From Candidatus Aenigmatarchaeota archaeon (GTDB taxonomy: Archaea > EX4484-52), in assembly GCA_023137195.1 (NCBI GenBank), contig JAGLPV010000044.1:1-63412 (forward strand): DNA of 63,412 nt, written 5' to 3'. How positions within the stretch are numbered: the first letter of the stretch is position 1; every line of letters begins with the position of its first letter. Positions 20,472-28,871 of the stretch are shown here, one piece after another. The notes beneath the pieces were generated by a model that was not told the origin of the DNA, searched no databases, and worked only from the letters and a program-made list of their open reading frames with translations. Both the position numbers and the translations under genes were made by a program.

Positions 20472-20613
20472 AATCCTCCTTTCTTAATCATCTTTAGCAT
20501 AAATACATTTTCCATTTCCTGCTCTTCCAGACTTAATCTTATTTTTGAGATATTTTCTTCCAGTCTCGACAGGAGAATGAATTCAAGTGCGTTAACCCTT
20601 CTTTTTGTTTTTT
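20472..20613 (-). pseudogene. Degenerate duplicate of the atpD 3' end
   Basis: 142 nt aligning without gaps to 22131-22272 with 9 mismatches by hand count; no start codon, stop TGA changed to GGA. Confidence 0.88.
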
Positions 20614-20638
20614 ATTTGCTCATTTATTTTTAGTCTCT

Positions 20639-21706
20639 TTAAGAATATTTATTTAGAATTTTATTAAGATAAGTGATAAATTCCTTGGTGTCTAAAAAAT
20701 AATTAGGATATGCTTTTTTTAAGTCTACTGCTGTATCTGCTCCAACTAAAACAACATCATATTCTTTTTTACCATAAATTTTTTTCTCAGCATTTGCATA
20801 ATCTTTTATTGCTTTCTCTTCTTGTCGTTTCGAATATGCAGAGATTGTTAATCTTTCCAGGACAGTATCTAATTCTAATAAAAAGAAATGTAAATTTTTT
20901 TTGTTTTTTAAATCATCAAAAAGTTTGATTGATTTGGTCCAACTTTCCATTTTAGTTCTTACATTCAATTCTTTTTCTTTTTCTTTAATTAACAAATAAA
21001 GTTCTTTCTCATCATCCAGGGTATTTGGTATTGAGGGGCAACCTTCTATTTTTGCAAATGCAGAACTCATTAATTTAAAAAAAACTTTCCATTTTTCTTC
21101 CCCTTCATTTGATTTTATTGCCTGACCTGTAAAAAAACCAACTGTTTCAACTGCCGTCGCCCAGATATGTTGTAATTTTGATCTAATTTGCACTTCAATT
21201 AATAAGCCATTATATATTTTCTTTCCTTTATCGCTGTTATACTTGTAAATCAAATGTATGCTTCGGTATCCATCTTTTTTTGGATTAGAGATATAATCTT
21301 TTTCATTTACTTTTTTATGTTTCAAATCCCCTTTAATATAATGGTCGTGGTAAAGTTTTTTTGCTAATTGAACATTTGACATTACTACCCTACATCCAGC
21401 AATATCCTGCATTTGTGTAAGTTTCATCGTTGCTTTATTGTCGCCGTATTTCCTATTGAGTTTTTTTATAATTGATGGAACACGCTTAAGTCTTTGAGCA
21501 GATAATGCATTTTTATCTATTTTTTCAGAAACTCGTTTTAACCTTTTTTTAAAAATATGCATGGGATAGCTATGTGCTGCTCTCCAATTACTCAATATTT
21601 CTAAAGCACAATTTTTATTTTCTTCTGATTCTTTATTATTACGCAAAATAATTCCTGCAGAATCAGTTTTTGACTTTGAAAATTCTTTAGGATTTATTAT
21701 CTTCAT
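20639..21706 (-). CDS. RelA/SpoT synthetase-domain protein (small alarmone synthetase-like)
   Basis: QRLKRVPSIIKKL, MQDIAGCRVV, DYISNPKKDGYRSIHL, EVQIRSKLQHIWA. Confidence 0.9.
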   Translation of the reverse strand: MKIINPKEFSKSKTDSAGIILRNNKESEENKNCALEILSNWRAAHSYPMHIFKKRLKRVSEKIDKNALSAQRLKRVPSIIKKLNRKYGDNKATMKLTQMQDIAGCRVVMSNVQLAKKLYHDHYIKGDLKHKKVNEKDYISNPKKDGYRSIHLIYKYNSDKGKKIYNGLLIEVQIRSKLQHIWATAVETVGFFTGQAIKSNEGEEKWKVFFKLMSSAFAKIEGCPSIPNTLDDEKELYLLIKEKEKELNVRTKMESWTKSIKLFDDLKNKKNLHFFLLELDTVLERLTISAYSKRQEEKAIKDYANAEKKIYGKKEYDVVLVGADTAVDLKKAYPNYFLDTKEFITYLNKILNKYS

Positions 21707-21770
21707 AGCAATATAAAGAACATGTTAGTATTTAAATGTTTCCAATTGCGCAGTAACGATTTAAAATCGA

Positions 21771-21917
21771 TGTCAAGTTGCGCGGTTTGCGGAAATTGCT
21801 AAAAATGGCTAAAATGGGCTCCAGATGGCATTATTATGGTAAAAGTTAATATTGGCGATTATTCTAATGTCGAGTTGCGCGGTTTGTAGAAATAACTTGT
21901 GTCGAGTTGCGCGGTTT
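21771..21917 (+). repeat. Three 18-bp direct repeats TGTCRAGTTGCGCGGTTT
   Basis: Copies at 21771-21788, 21868-21885 and 21900-21917. Confidence 0.85.
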
Positions 21918-21978
21918 TGAAAAAAATTATTTTAAATGATAGAAGGGAGAGTTTAGTTCTATTTATAGCAAAACACAT

Positions 21979-22121
21979 TAGCATTTATGTATTTTGCCAG
22001 TATCACGCCACATACTTGCATTTTGTTCTTGTTGCACAAATGTGATGAGACAAGAACAAAATCTTAGAAGTAGTATGGATTGTAAGGAAACTTCCATGAT
22101 TACTTTTGTGCCGCGATATAG
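21979..22121. repeat. Dispersed palindromic repeat, copy 2, with extra internal hairpins
   Basis: Same ends as 14808-14874, with inserted attttgttcttgt/acaagaacaaaat hairpin. Confidence 0.75.
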
Positions 22122-22132
22122 AAAGTAAATAA

Positions 22133-22750
22133 TCATCCTTTCTTAATCATCTTCAGCCTAAATACATTTTCTCTTTCCTGCTCTTCCAGACTCAATCTTA
22201 TTTTCGAGATATTTTGTTCCAGTCTCGGCAGGAGAATGAATTCAAGTGCGTTAACCCTTCTTTTTGTTTTTTCTATCTCAATCAACAATTTCCTGAGTGT
22301 TGTTTCAATCTCAGCGGATTCTATTATTTTTTCAAGAAGGCATTCATATTGTCTTGAGGCGCTGTCCAGTCTTGCGGAACCTTCAACAAGGCTGTAGCCT
22401 CGTTCATATATGCTTTTGCATATCTCGCCCTGTTTTGTTATTTTTGGCACTTTTACACCCATGAGGTTTTTGGTCTCGATTTCAAGAGGGATTTCTTTTA
22501 GGTAAAGGGCTGCTGTTTTTATTGCAATTCCGCCGTCGTGCATTTCTGTTGTTTTCATTTTTTCCTGGGCAACTGCGTACAATTCAGACATTTGGCTCTT
22601 CTGTCCTTTGGCGTTTTCCAGGATTTTGAAAAACTCCATTATCAGACCGTCTCTTTTCTTTTTCAAGAGACTGTAGCCGTTTTTTGCCAGTTTGTATTGC
22701 TTTTTTAATTTTAGCAGTTCGCTTCTTGTTGCTTTTACATCTATTGCCAT
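22133..22750 (-). CDS. atpD: A/V-type ATP synthase subunit D
   Basis: ATRSELLKLK, LLKKKRDGL, EIEKTKRRVNALE. Confidence 0.95.
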   Translation of the reverse strand: MAIDVKATRSELLKLKKQYKLAKNGYSLLKKKRDGLIMEFFKILENAKGQKSQMSELYAVAQEKMKTTEMHDGGIAIKTAALYLKEIPLEIETKNLMGVKVPKITKQGEICKSIYERGYSLVEGSARLDSASRQYECLLEKIIESAEIETTLRKLLIEIEKTKRRVNALEFILLPRLEQNISKIRLSLEEQERENVFRLKMIKKG

Positions 22751-22756
22751 AATAAC

Positions 22757-23416
22757 TTATTTTGTAAATATGTTCTCCTTTAATTGAGTGTTTGTGATGT
22801 TTTTTATCAATTCGTGACCTGCAAGTGTTTGCCTGTCTTTTTGCCCGTTTATGTTTATTATGTATGTGGTACTGCATTGGTTTTCATCGTATGCGCCGGA
22901 TGTGTCGCATACGCATCCTACGACACAGAGGCTGTCGCTGTTGATTTGTTGGGCGTATTGTTTTGTTATTTTTTCAACAGAGTCATTTACATTGTCCTCT
23001 ACGCATTTTATGTGGTCGTTAATATCGGTGAAAGTGTTTTTTATTGTGGATAATCTCTTTTTTATCGCTTCTGTTTCATCGTCAAAGTTTCCTGTTGCGG
23101 CTTTTACTGCGCCGCAGTCGGTGTGACCCAATATTACTACGACAGGGATTTTGAGGTGTTGTATTGCGTAATCGATTACTGCATCTGAGTCCGAGGAGGT
23201 GTTTCCTATGTCTTTTCCGACAAATACATTGCCCATCATGTCTTCGAGATTTCCATAGAGTGCAAGAGGCATTCTTGAATCAGAGCAGGTTATGAGGGCA
23301 ACTTTTGGTTTTTGACCGCTTGTGTGTTGGTTTAGCAGTTCCTGTTTTTCTTTTGCTATCCTGCTGTTGTTTTCCAGCATTTGACAAAAAAAATCATAGG
23401 CTTCCTGTTTTGACAT
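22757..23416 (-). CDS. Beta-class carbonic anhydrase
   Basis: Zn ligand motifs CSDSR and HTDCGAV; Q.PK..LITC. Confidence 0.88.
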   Translation of the reverse strand: MSKQEAYDFFCQMLENNSRIAKEKQELLNQHTSGQKPKVALITCSDSRMPLALYGNLEDMMGNVFVGKDIGNTSSDSDAVIDYAIQHLKIPVVVILGHTDCGAVKAATGNFDDETEAIKKRLSTIKNTFTDINDHIKCVEDNVNDSVEKITKQYAQQINSDSLCVVGCVCDTSGAYDENQCSTTYIININGQKDRQTLAGHELIKNITNTQLKENIFTK

Positions 23417-23428
23417 ACTATATTTATT

Positions 23429-24811
23429 TTATTCCTCCTTGATTTGCTTGTAATATTTCTTTTTTGTGTCTGTTGATATTCTTGTCAGTTCATCCGAGGG
23501 AATAGTTCCCAAGAGTTCCCATGCGAGGGAAAGCGTTTGTTCTATACTCCTGTTTTCATTAAAGCCCTGCTTTACAAATCTTTCTTCAAACAGGTCTGCG
23601 AATTTAAGCAGTCTCTTGTCTTTATCACTTAGAGATTCTTCACCCACAATTGCGACCAGACCTCTTAAGTCTTTTCCTTCTGCGTAATTTGCGTAAAGCT
23701 GGTCTGAAACTGCTTTGTGATCATCTCTTGTTTTTGTTGCTCCTATACCGGAGTTCATAAGCCGTGAGAGGCTTAGAAGAACGTCGATGTTCGGGTAAAT
23801 GCCTTTCCTGTGGAGTTCCCTGTCCAGTACCACTTGTCCTTCTGTAATATAGCCCGTTAGGTCAGGGATAGGGTGGGTAATATCATCGCCGGGCATTGTT
23901 AATATCGGCATCTGGGTTACACTTCCTTTTTTGCCCTTTATCATTCCTGCTCTTTCGTAGATGGATGCAAGGTCGGTATACATGTATCCGGGGTATCCTC
24001 GTCTACCTGGTATTTCTTCTCTTGCGGCACTCATCTGTCTTAAGGATTCACAGTAATTTGTAATGTCTGTCAATATTACTAGTACGTGCATGTCTTTTTC
24101 ATAGGCAAGATATTCTGCGGCGGTCAGAGCCATTCTTGGGGTGACCAGTCTTTCTACCGCGGGGTCGTTTGCCAGGTTTAAAAATACAACTGAACGCTTT
24201 AGGGCGCCTGTGCTTTCGAATTCTTTGATAAATTTATGGGCTTCCTCGTTGGTGATTCCCATCGCGGCAAAGACTACTGCAAATTCTTCTTTCTGGTCTT
24301 TTACCTTTGCCTGTCTTGCAATCTGTAGCGCGATATCGTTGTGAGGCAGTCCGCTTGCAGAGAAGATAGGTAGTTTTTGTCCTCTTACAAGAGTATTCAT
24401 GGTATCTATTGTTGAGATTCCTGTCTGTATAAAATCAGCAGGAGATGTTCTGGAATATGGGTTTATCGGGTCTCCGTTGATGTCCATTTCTTTTTCTGCA
24501 ATTATTTCCGGTCCTTTGTCCATAGGCAGTCCCCTACCGTTAAAGATTCTTCCAAGTATATTATTGGAAAGACCGAATTTCATTGTTTCGCCTAAGAATC
24601 TTATTGATGCGGTTTTGTCGATTCCACTTGTTCCTTCAAAACTCTGGATTACAACCAAATCCTTGGAAGTGTCCAAGACCTGTCCTAGTCTTATGTCGTC
24701 TTTTCCTACTTTTATCTTTACGATTTCACCATAGCTCACCAAGTGTGTTTTTTCTACAAATAAAAGATTTCCTTTTATGTTTTTTATTGTTTTATATTCC
24801 TTGTAACTCAT
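23429..24811 (-). CDS. atpB: A/V-type ATP synthase subunit B
   Basis: [44 protein letters not shown]. Confidence 0.97.
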   Translation of the reverse strand: MSYKEYKTIKNIKGNLLFVEKTHLVSYGEIVKIKVGKDDIRLGQVLDTSKDLVVIQSFEGTSGIDKTASIRFLGETMKFGLSNNILGRIFNGRGLPMDKGPEIIAEKEMDINGDPINPYSRTSPADFIQTGISTIDTMNTLVRGQKLPIFSASGLPHNDIALQIARQAKVKDQKEEFAVVFAAMGITNEEAHKFIKEFESTGALKRSVVFLNLANDPAVERLVTPRMALTAAEYLAYEKDMHVLVILTDITNYCESLRQMSAAREEIPGRRGYPGYMYTDLASIYERAGMIKGKKGSVTQMPILTMPGDDITHPIPDLTGYITEGQVVLDRELHRKGIYPNIDVLLSLSRLMNSGIGATKTRDDHKAVSDQLYANYAEGKDLRGLVAIVGEESLSDKDKRLLKFADLFEERFVKQGFNENRSIEQTLSLAWELLGTIPSDELTRISTDTKKKYYKQIKEE

Positions 24812-24820
24812 AATATCACC

Positions 24821-26566
24821 TTATATATTTTCAACCAGCTCCTTTAGTTCTGCTTCTATCTGTTTTTTTACGTTACTAAGCACTTTTTGGTAATCTTCAT
24901 CAAATTTAGCCTCGGATATCTTGTTTCTTGACTCAATCGAGACTATGTCCTTTGCCCGCACTCCCTTGTCCAGGGTTTCGTAGGCTTTGTCTGCTACCCA
25001 CAGGATTGTTTCGAGTATTGCTTTTGTCTTGTCCAGACTGCTGAATGCATCTGTTTTGTGGAAGGCATTCTGCTGTAGGAAGAATTCTCTTAAAAGACGT
25101 GCAACTTCTAATGTAACCTGCTGTTTTTCCGGTAATGCGTCACTTCCGACCAGTTGTACAAGTTCCTGGAGTTTTTCTTCTTCCTGCAATATTTTCATGG
25201 ACTCGTCGTTTAGTTTACTCCAGTCTGAGGATACATTTTTATTGTACCATGGGTCCAGTGTATTTTTATAGAGACTGTAGGATTGCAGCCAGTTTATTGA
25301 AGGGTAATGTCTCCTGCTTGAAAGCTTTGCATCCAGAGCCCAGAACACTTTTACGATACGCAGTGTGTTTTGTGTGACCGGTTCGCTGAAATCTCCTCCC
25401 GGAGGGGATACTGCGCCGATTACTGTAACACTTCCTACTTCATCATTTAGGCTGACACATCGTCCTGCTCTTTCATAAAATTCTGCGAGTTTTGAACCAA
25501 GGTAAGGAGGATATCCTTCTTCTCCCGGCATTTCTTCTAATCTTGAAGAGATTTCTCTCATTGATTCTGCCCAACGGCTGGTTGAGTCAGCCATCATAGA
25601 TACATCATATCCCATATCCCTGAAATATTCTGCTATTGTAATTCCTGTGTATACGCTTGCCTCTCTTGCCGCTACCGGCATGTTTGAGGTATTTGCAATC
25701 AAAACTGTCCTGTTCATCAATGGCTTTCCTGTTTTTGGGTCTTCGAGTTTAGGGAATTCTGTCAATACTTCTGTCATCTCATTTCCACGCTCTCCGCACC
25801 CGATGTAAACTACTATTTCTGCATCGGAGTATTTTGCCAAAGATTGTTGGGTTACTGTTTTTCCTGCTCCGAAAGGTCCAGGGATTGCTGCTGTTCCTCC
25901 TTTTGCCAAGGGAAAAAGAGCATCTAAAATTCTCATTCCTGTAATTAATGGTATTTCAGGAGGTAATTTGTCTTTTGTCGGACGAGGGTGCCTGATTGGC
26001 CATCTTTGCATCAATGTTATTTTTTCTCCGCTTTCCAGTTCACAAACAACATCTTCTACTTTGAATTTTCCTTTGTTTATTGATTTGACTGTTCCTTTTA
26101 TTTTTGGAGGAACCATTACTTTGTGGACTATTGTTTCTGTTTCCTGCACAGTTCCGATTATTGCTCCTCCTTCAACAGCATCTCCATTTTTGACTGTCGG
26201 GACAAAATCCCATTCTTTTTCTCTGTTCAGGGAGTTTACGACAGCTCCTCTTTTTATGAATTTTCCTGTCTTTTTTTCAAGTTCAGGTAGAGGTCTTTGG
26301 ATTCCGTCATAGATGGATTTCAACAAGCCCGGTCCTAATTCTACACTCAATGGGAGTCCTGTGTTTTCCACTACTTCTCCCGGCTGGATGCCGCTGGTCT
26401 CTTCATAAACCTGTATAATTGTTTTATCTTCTATTATCTGGATGACTTCACCGATAAGTTTTTCCTTACCTACTCTTACAACATCATGCATTCTTGCGCT
26501 TAAGCCCTGCGCTGTAATAACAGGTCCGCTTATCCTGTAAATCTCACCAATTTGTTTTGTTTCCAT
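24821..26566 (-). CDS. atpA: A/V-type ATP synthase subunit A (no intein; alternative start 26584)
   Basis: [33 protein letters not shown]; GAGGAG upstream of 26566. Confidence 0.97.
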   Translation of the reverse strand: METKQIGEIYRISGPVITAQGLSARMHDVVRVGKEKLIGEVIQIIEDKTIIQVYEETSGIQPGEVVENTGLPLSVELGPGLLKSIYDGIQRPLPELEKKTGKFIKRGAVVNSLNREKEWDFVPTVKNGDAVEGGAIIGTVQETETIVHKVMVPPKIKGTVKSINKGKFKVEDVVCELESGEKITLMQRWPIRHPRPTKDKLPPEIPLITGMRILDALFPLAKGGTAAIPGPFGAGKTVTQQSLAKYSDAEIVVYIGCGERGNEMTEVLTEFPKLEDPKTGKPLMNRTVLIANTSNMPVAAREASVYTGITIAEYFRDMGYDVSMMADSTSRWAESMREISSRLEEMPGEEGYPPYLGSKLAEFYERAGRCVSLNDEVGSVTVIGAVSPPGGDFSEPVTQNTLRIVKVFWALDAKLSSRRHYPSINWLQSYSLYKNTLDPWYNKNVSSDWSKLNDESMKILQEEEKLQELVQLVGSDALPEKQQVTLEVARLLREFFLQQNAFHKTDAFSSLDKTKAILETILWVADKAYETLDKGVRAKDIVSIESRNKISEAKFDEDYQKVLSNVKKQIEAELKELVENI

Positions 26567-26580
26567 AGTTCTCTCCTCAA

Positions 26581-26892
26581 TCATTCTTTTAATAAATCTA
26601 CTCCAATTGCTTTTTTTATCATTAATCTCAATGAATCATCCTTTTCTTCTTTTCCCGATAATACGACAAATATCGGGGAAACTGTCATCATCATCTTTTC
26701 CTTTATGTCGGCTTTTAATTCATTATAAATTTCCGCCTCAATTATTACAAGACCTATTTCTTTATTGCCCAGCAGAGTTCTTGCTGTCTTGTTTGCTTCA
26801 TCTTTCTTTGAAACATTAAATGACTCTTTAATCCCGCATAGATTAAAGCCTATTGTAAATTTCTCACTTCCCAATGTTGCTATATTGTACAT
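26581..26892 (-). CDS. atpF: A/V-type ATP synthase subunit F
   Basis: GF.L.GI and IKKAIGVDL motifs; position upstream of atpA. Confidence 0.9.
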   Translation of the reverse strand: MYNIATLGSEKFTIGFNLCGIKESFNVSKKDEANKTARTLLGNKEIGLVIIEAEIYNELKADIKEKMMMTVSPIFVVLSGKEEKDDSLRLMIKKAIGVDLLKE

Positions 26893-26897
26893 ATTTC

Positions 26898-28004
26898 TTA
26901 AATCACCAAATATTGTCTTATCTCTTCATCGTTAAGATTGTATTTTTTGCCGTTTGAGATTGCCAGGATATTCTTTCGTTCAATTTCTTTTTGAACCAGG
27001 TATCCGACTACAACCTCTGCTGAAATGTTTTTTACACCGAATATTTTTCTTGCTTTTTCTAATTTCATTTTCTCCATCAGGCATTCAAGCAATTCGATGT
27101 CTTTTTTTTCTATTGTTTCCTTTAATGCATCCATGTATTCTTTTTCCCATTCTGCGTTAGCAAGAAGATCGAAGCATTCGTCAATGTCTTTGCTGTCTGC
27201 AAGTTTCACTATGAGTTCTCCGATATTAGAAAGTCTGTTGGGTATAAGCATTCCTGTTATTTTTTCTTTTTCGATGTTGTTGTTTTTTAGTTTCAGAACA
27301 TTTATTATGTTCTTGGCACCCACAATAGTATAAACATAATCTCTCAATTCTGCTCTTTTGTTGGAGATAGAGCTGAATGTTTCTGTCAGGTTGATGTAAT
27401 AATACATATCAAGCATATTTTGAATTTCAACTGTATTTTTCTCCTTGAACAGGGTCATCAATACTTTTTTTGCTTTTTTATCGATTTTTATCGATTTGAA
27501 AAAATCTGCCTCTGACGGGCGGGTGTAATAAGAATAGAAAGATTCGTATGTCATCTCGCCGAAAGGAATAAGATATTGTTTGATTTCTTCAAAATCCATA
27601 TTGTTTATTTTTCCCAGAACAAAAAATTTTACATTGTTCAAATAATAATGCTTGAACAGGGCAGATAAAATCAAGTTCAGCCCAGGATAATCTCTTGAAT
27701 ATTTTATGAATTCATTGCATTCCCGAGCGGTGTTGTATTTCATTGCCGCTTCAATGAGCATATTTTCCGGGACTGTTGCGGACAGAGCAGTTATTGCTTC
27801 TGTGTATGTTTTCTTCTTCAGGTAATCTGCAATCTCGTAAGGTCCGTCCATTTTCATCAGCCGTTCATAATCCTCTTTTTTTAACAGGCTTCCTTTCCTG
27901 TACATTATTTTGGCGTAAAAATAAGGATAGTCATTTAGAGATATTTTTTGGGTCAATGAATCGTCAAACAACATGTCTTTTGCATTTTCATTTATTAGTT
28001 TCAT
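26898..28004 (-). CDS. atpC: A/V-type ATP synthase subunit C
   Basis: YPYFYAKI...LL..EDY.RL, YL..KEIE..NI; operon position. Confidence 0.85.
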   Translation of the reverse strand: MKLINENAKDMLFDDSLTQKISLNDYPYFYAKIMYRKGSLLKKEDYERLMKMDGPYEIADYLKKKTYTEAITALSATVPENMLIEAAMKYNTARECNEFIKYSRDYPGLNLILSALFKHYYLNNVKFFVLGKINNMDFEEIKQYLIPFGEMTYESFYSYYTRPSEADFFKSIKIDKKAKKVLMTLFKEKNTVEIQNMLDMYYYINLTETFSSISNKRAELRDYVYTIVGAKNIINVLKLKNNNIEKEKITGMLIPNRLSNIGELIVKLADSKDIDECFDLLANAEWEKEYMDALKETIEKKDIELLECLMEKMKLEKARKIFGVKNISAEVVVGYLVQKEIERKNILAISNGKKYNLNDEEIRQYLVI

Positions 28005-28013
28005 AAATTGCTC

Positions 28014-28574
28014 TTATTTTATTTTCCCCATTATTGCAGACATTATTTTTTTTTCAAACATATTCGACAGGCTGTTTAAAGATAAATCCAGTATAATGGT
28101 CTTGTCTTTGTTTTGTGCGATTATCCCGAAATCCATTTCTTTGTCTTCTTCTACCCTGATATTTTTTTCTATGTTTTTTAGTGTTGATACATCTGTGGCG
28201 GAAGTATAAATGACAGAAATGTCCTTTATCTCTTTTTTTGCTATCAAAAGAAGGTTTTGAAGTATTTCTTCTCTTTTTGATCCGGTTATTGTTTTTATGT
28301 TTTCTCTTAGTTCCAGGTATACTTGTTCTAGCATTTCTTTTTTGTTTGTCAGTATTATTTTTTTTGCTTCCTGTTCATATTCGTAGAGTTTTTCTTTTTT
28401 CTTTGACAGAGCCTGCTCTTTTGCGTTTTCTTCTATTTTTTTTGCTTCATTTTTTGCGCAATCTATCATTTCCTTTGCTTTTTGCTCTGCCTGTTTTTTT
28501 GCATTTGCAATTATGTCTTTTTCTTCTTTCAGCGCATCTTCTGTTATGCCGTCTGTTAAATTATTTTCTTTCAT
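28014..28574 (-). CDS. atpE: A/V-type ATP synthase subunit E
   Basis: N-terminal coiled coil, C-terminal GII...D.TI.LD.S; operon position. Confidence 0.85.
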   Translation of the reverse strand: MKENNLTDGITEDALKEEKDIIANAKKQAEQKAKEMIDCAKNEAKKIEENAKEQALSKKKEKLYEYEQEAKKIILTNKKEMLEQVYLELRENIKTITGSKREEILQNLLLIAKKEIKDISVIYTSATDVSTLKNIEKNIRVEEDKEMDFGIIAQNKDKTIILDLSLNSLSNMFEKKIMSAIMGKIK

Positions 28575-28618
28575 TTCACATGCCTCCTTAAGCGATTACT
28601 GCTAATGATACTTATTTT

Positions 28619-28834
28619 TTAATGTGCGTTAAGTATCATTATCGAGACAATCAAACCAAATATTACTATGGTTTCCGGCAGTACAGTCATTATAAGACCT
28701 TTTCCGAAAAACTTCTCGTTTTCTGACATTGCACCTACTGCTGCAACTCCTATTTTCGCTTCTGCGTATCCTGCTGCAACTGCGCATATTCCTACGCCGA
28801 TTGCTGCTGCTATTGCTGTTATTGGTTCTACCAT
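28619..28834 (-). CDS. atpK: A/V-type ATP synthase proteolipid subunit K (c), single hairpin
   Basis: MVEPITAIAAAIG...AEAKIG...LPETIVIFGL; GGTGA upstream of ATG 28834, so the longer ORF start is unlikely. Confidence 0.92.
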   Translation of the reverse strand: MVEPITAIAAAIGVGICAVAAGYAEAKIGVAAVGAMSENEKFFGKGLIMTVLPETIVIFGLIVSIMILNAH

Positions 28835-28871
28835 TTTATTCACCTTTATTTTTAATAAATATGATTGCTTT

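Noticed and set aside
20424-20633. 69-aa plus-strand ORF as an antitoxin for the RelA/SpoT protein
   Set aside because: It is the antisense reading of the atpD duplicate and hairpin, not a credible gene.
21771-21917. Possible mini CRISPR array
   Set aside because: The repeats are only 18 bp with very unequal spacers (79 and 14 nt), and there are no cas genes.
24821-26566. Intein in ATP synthase subunit A
   Set aside because: Normal length and uninterrupted P-loop region.
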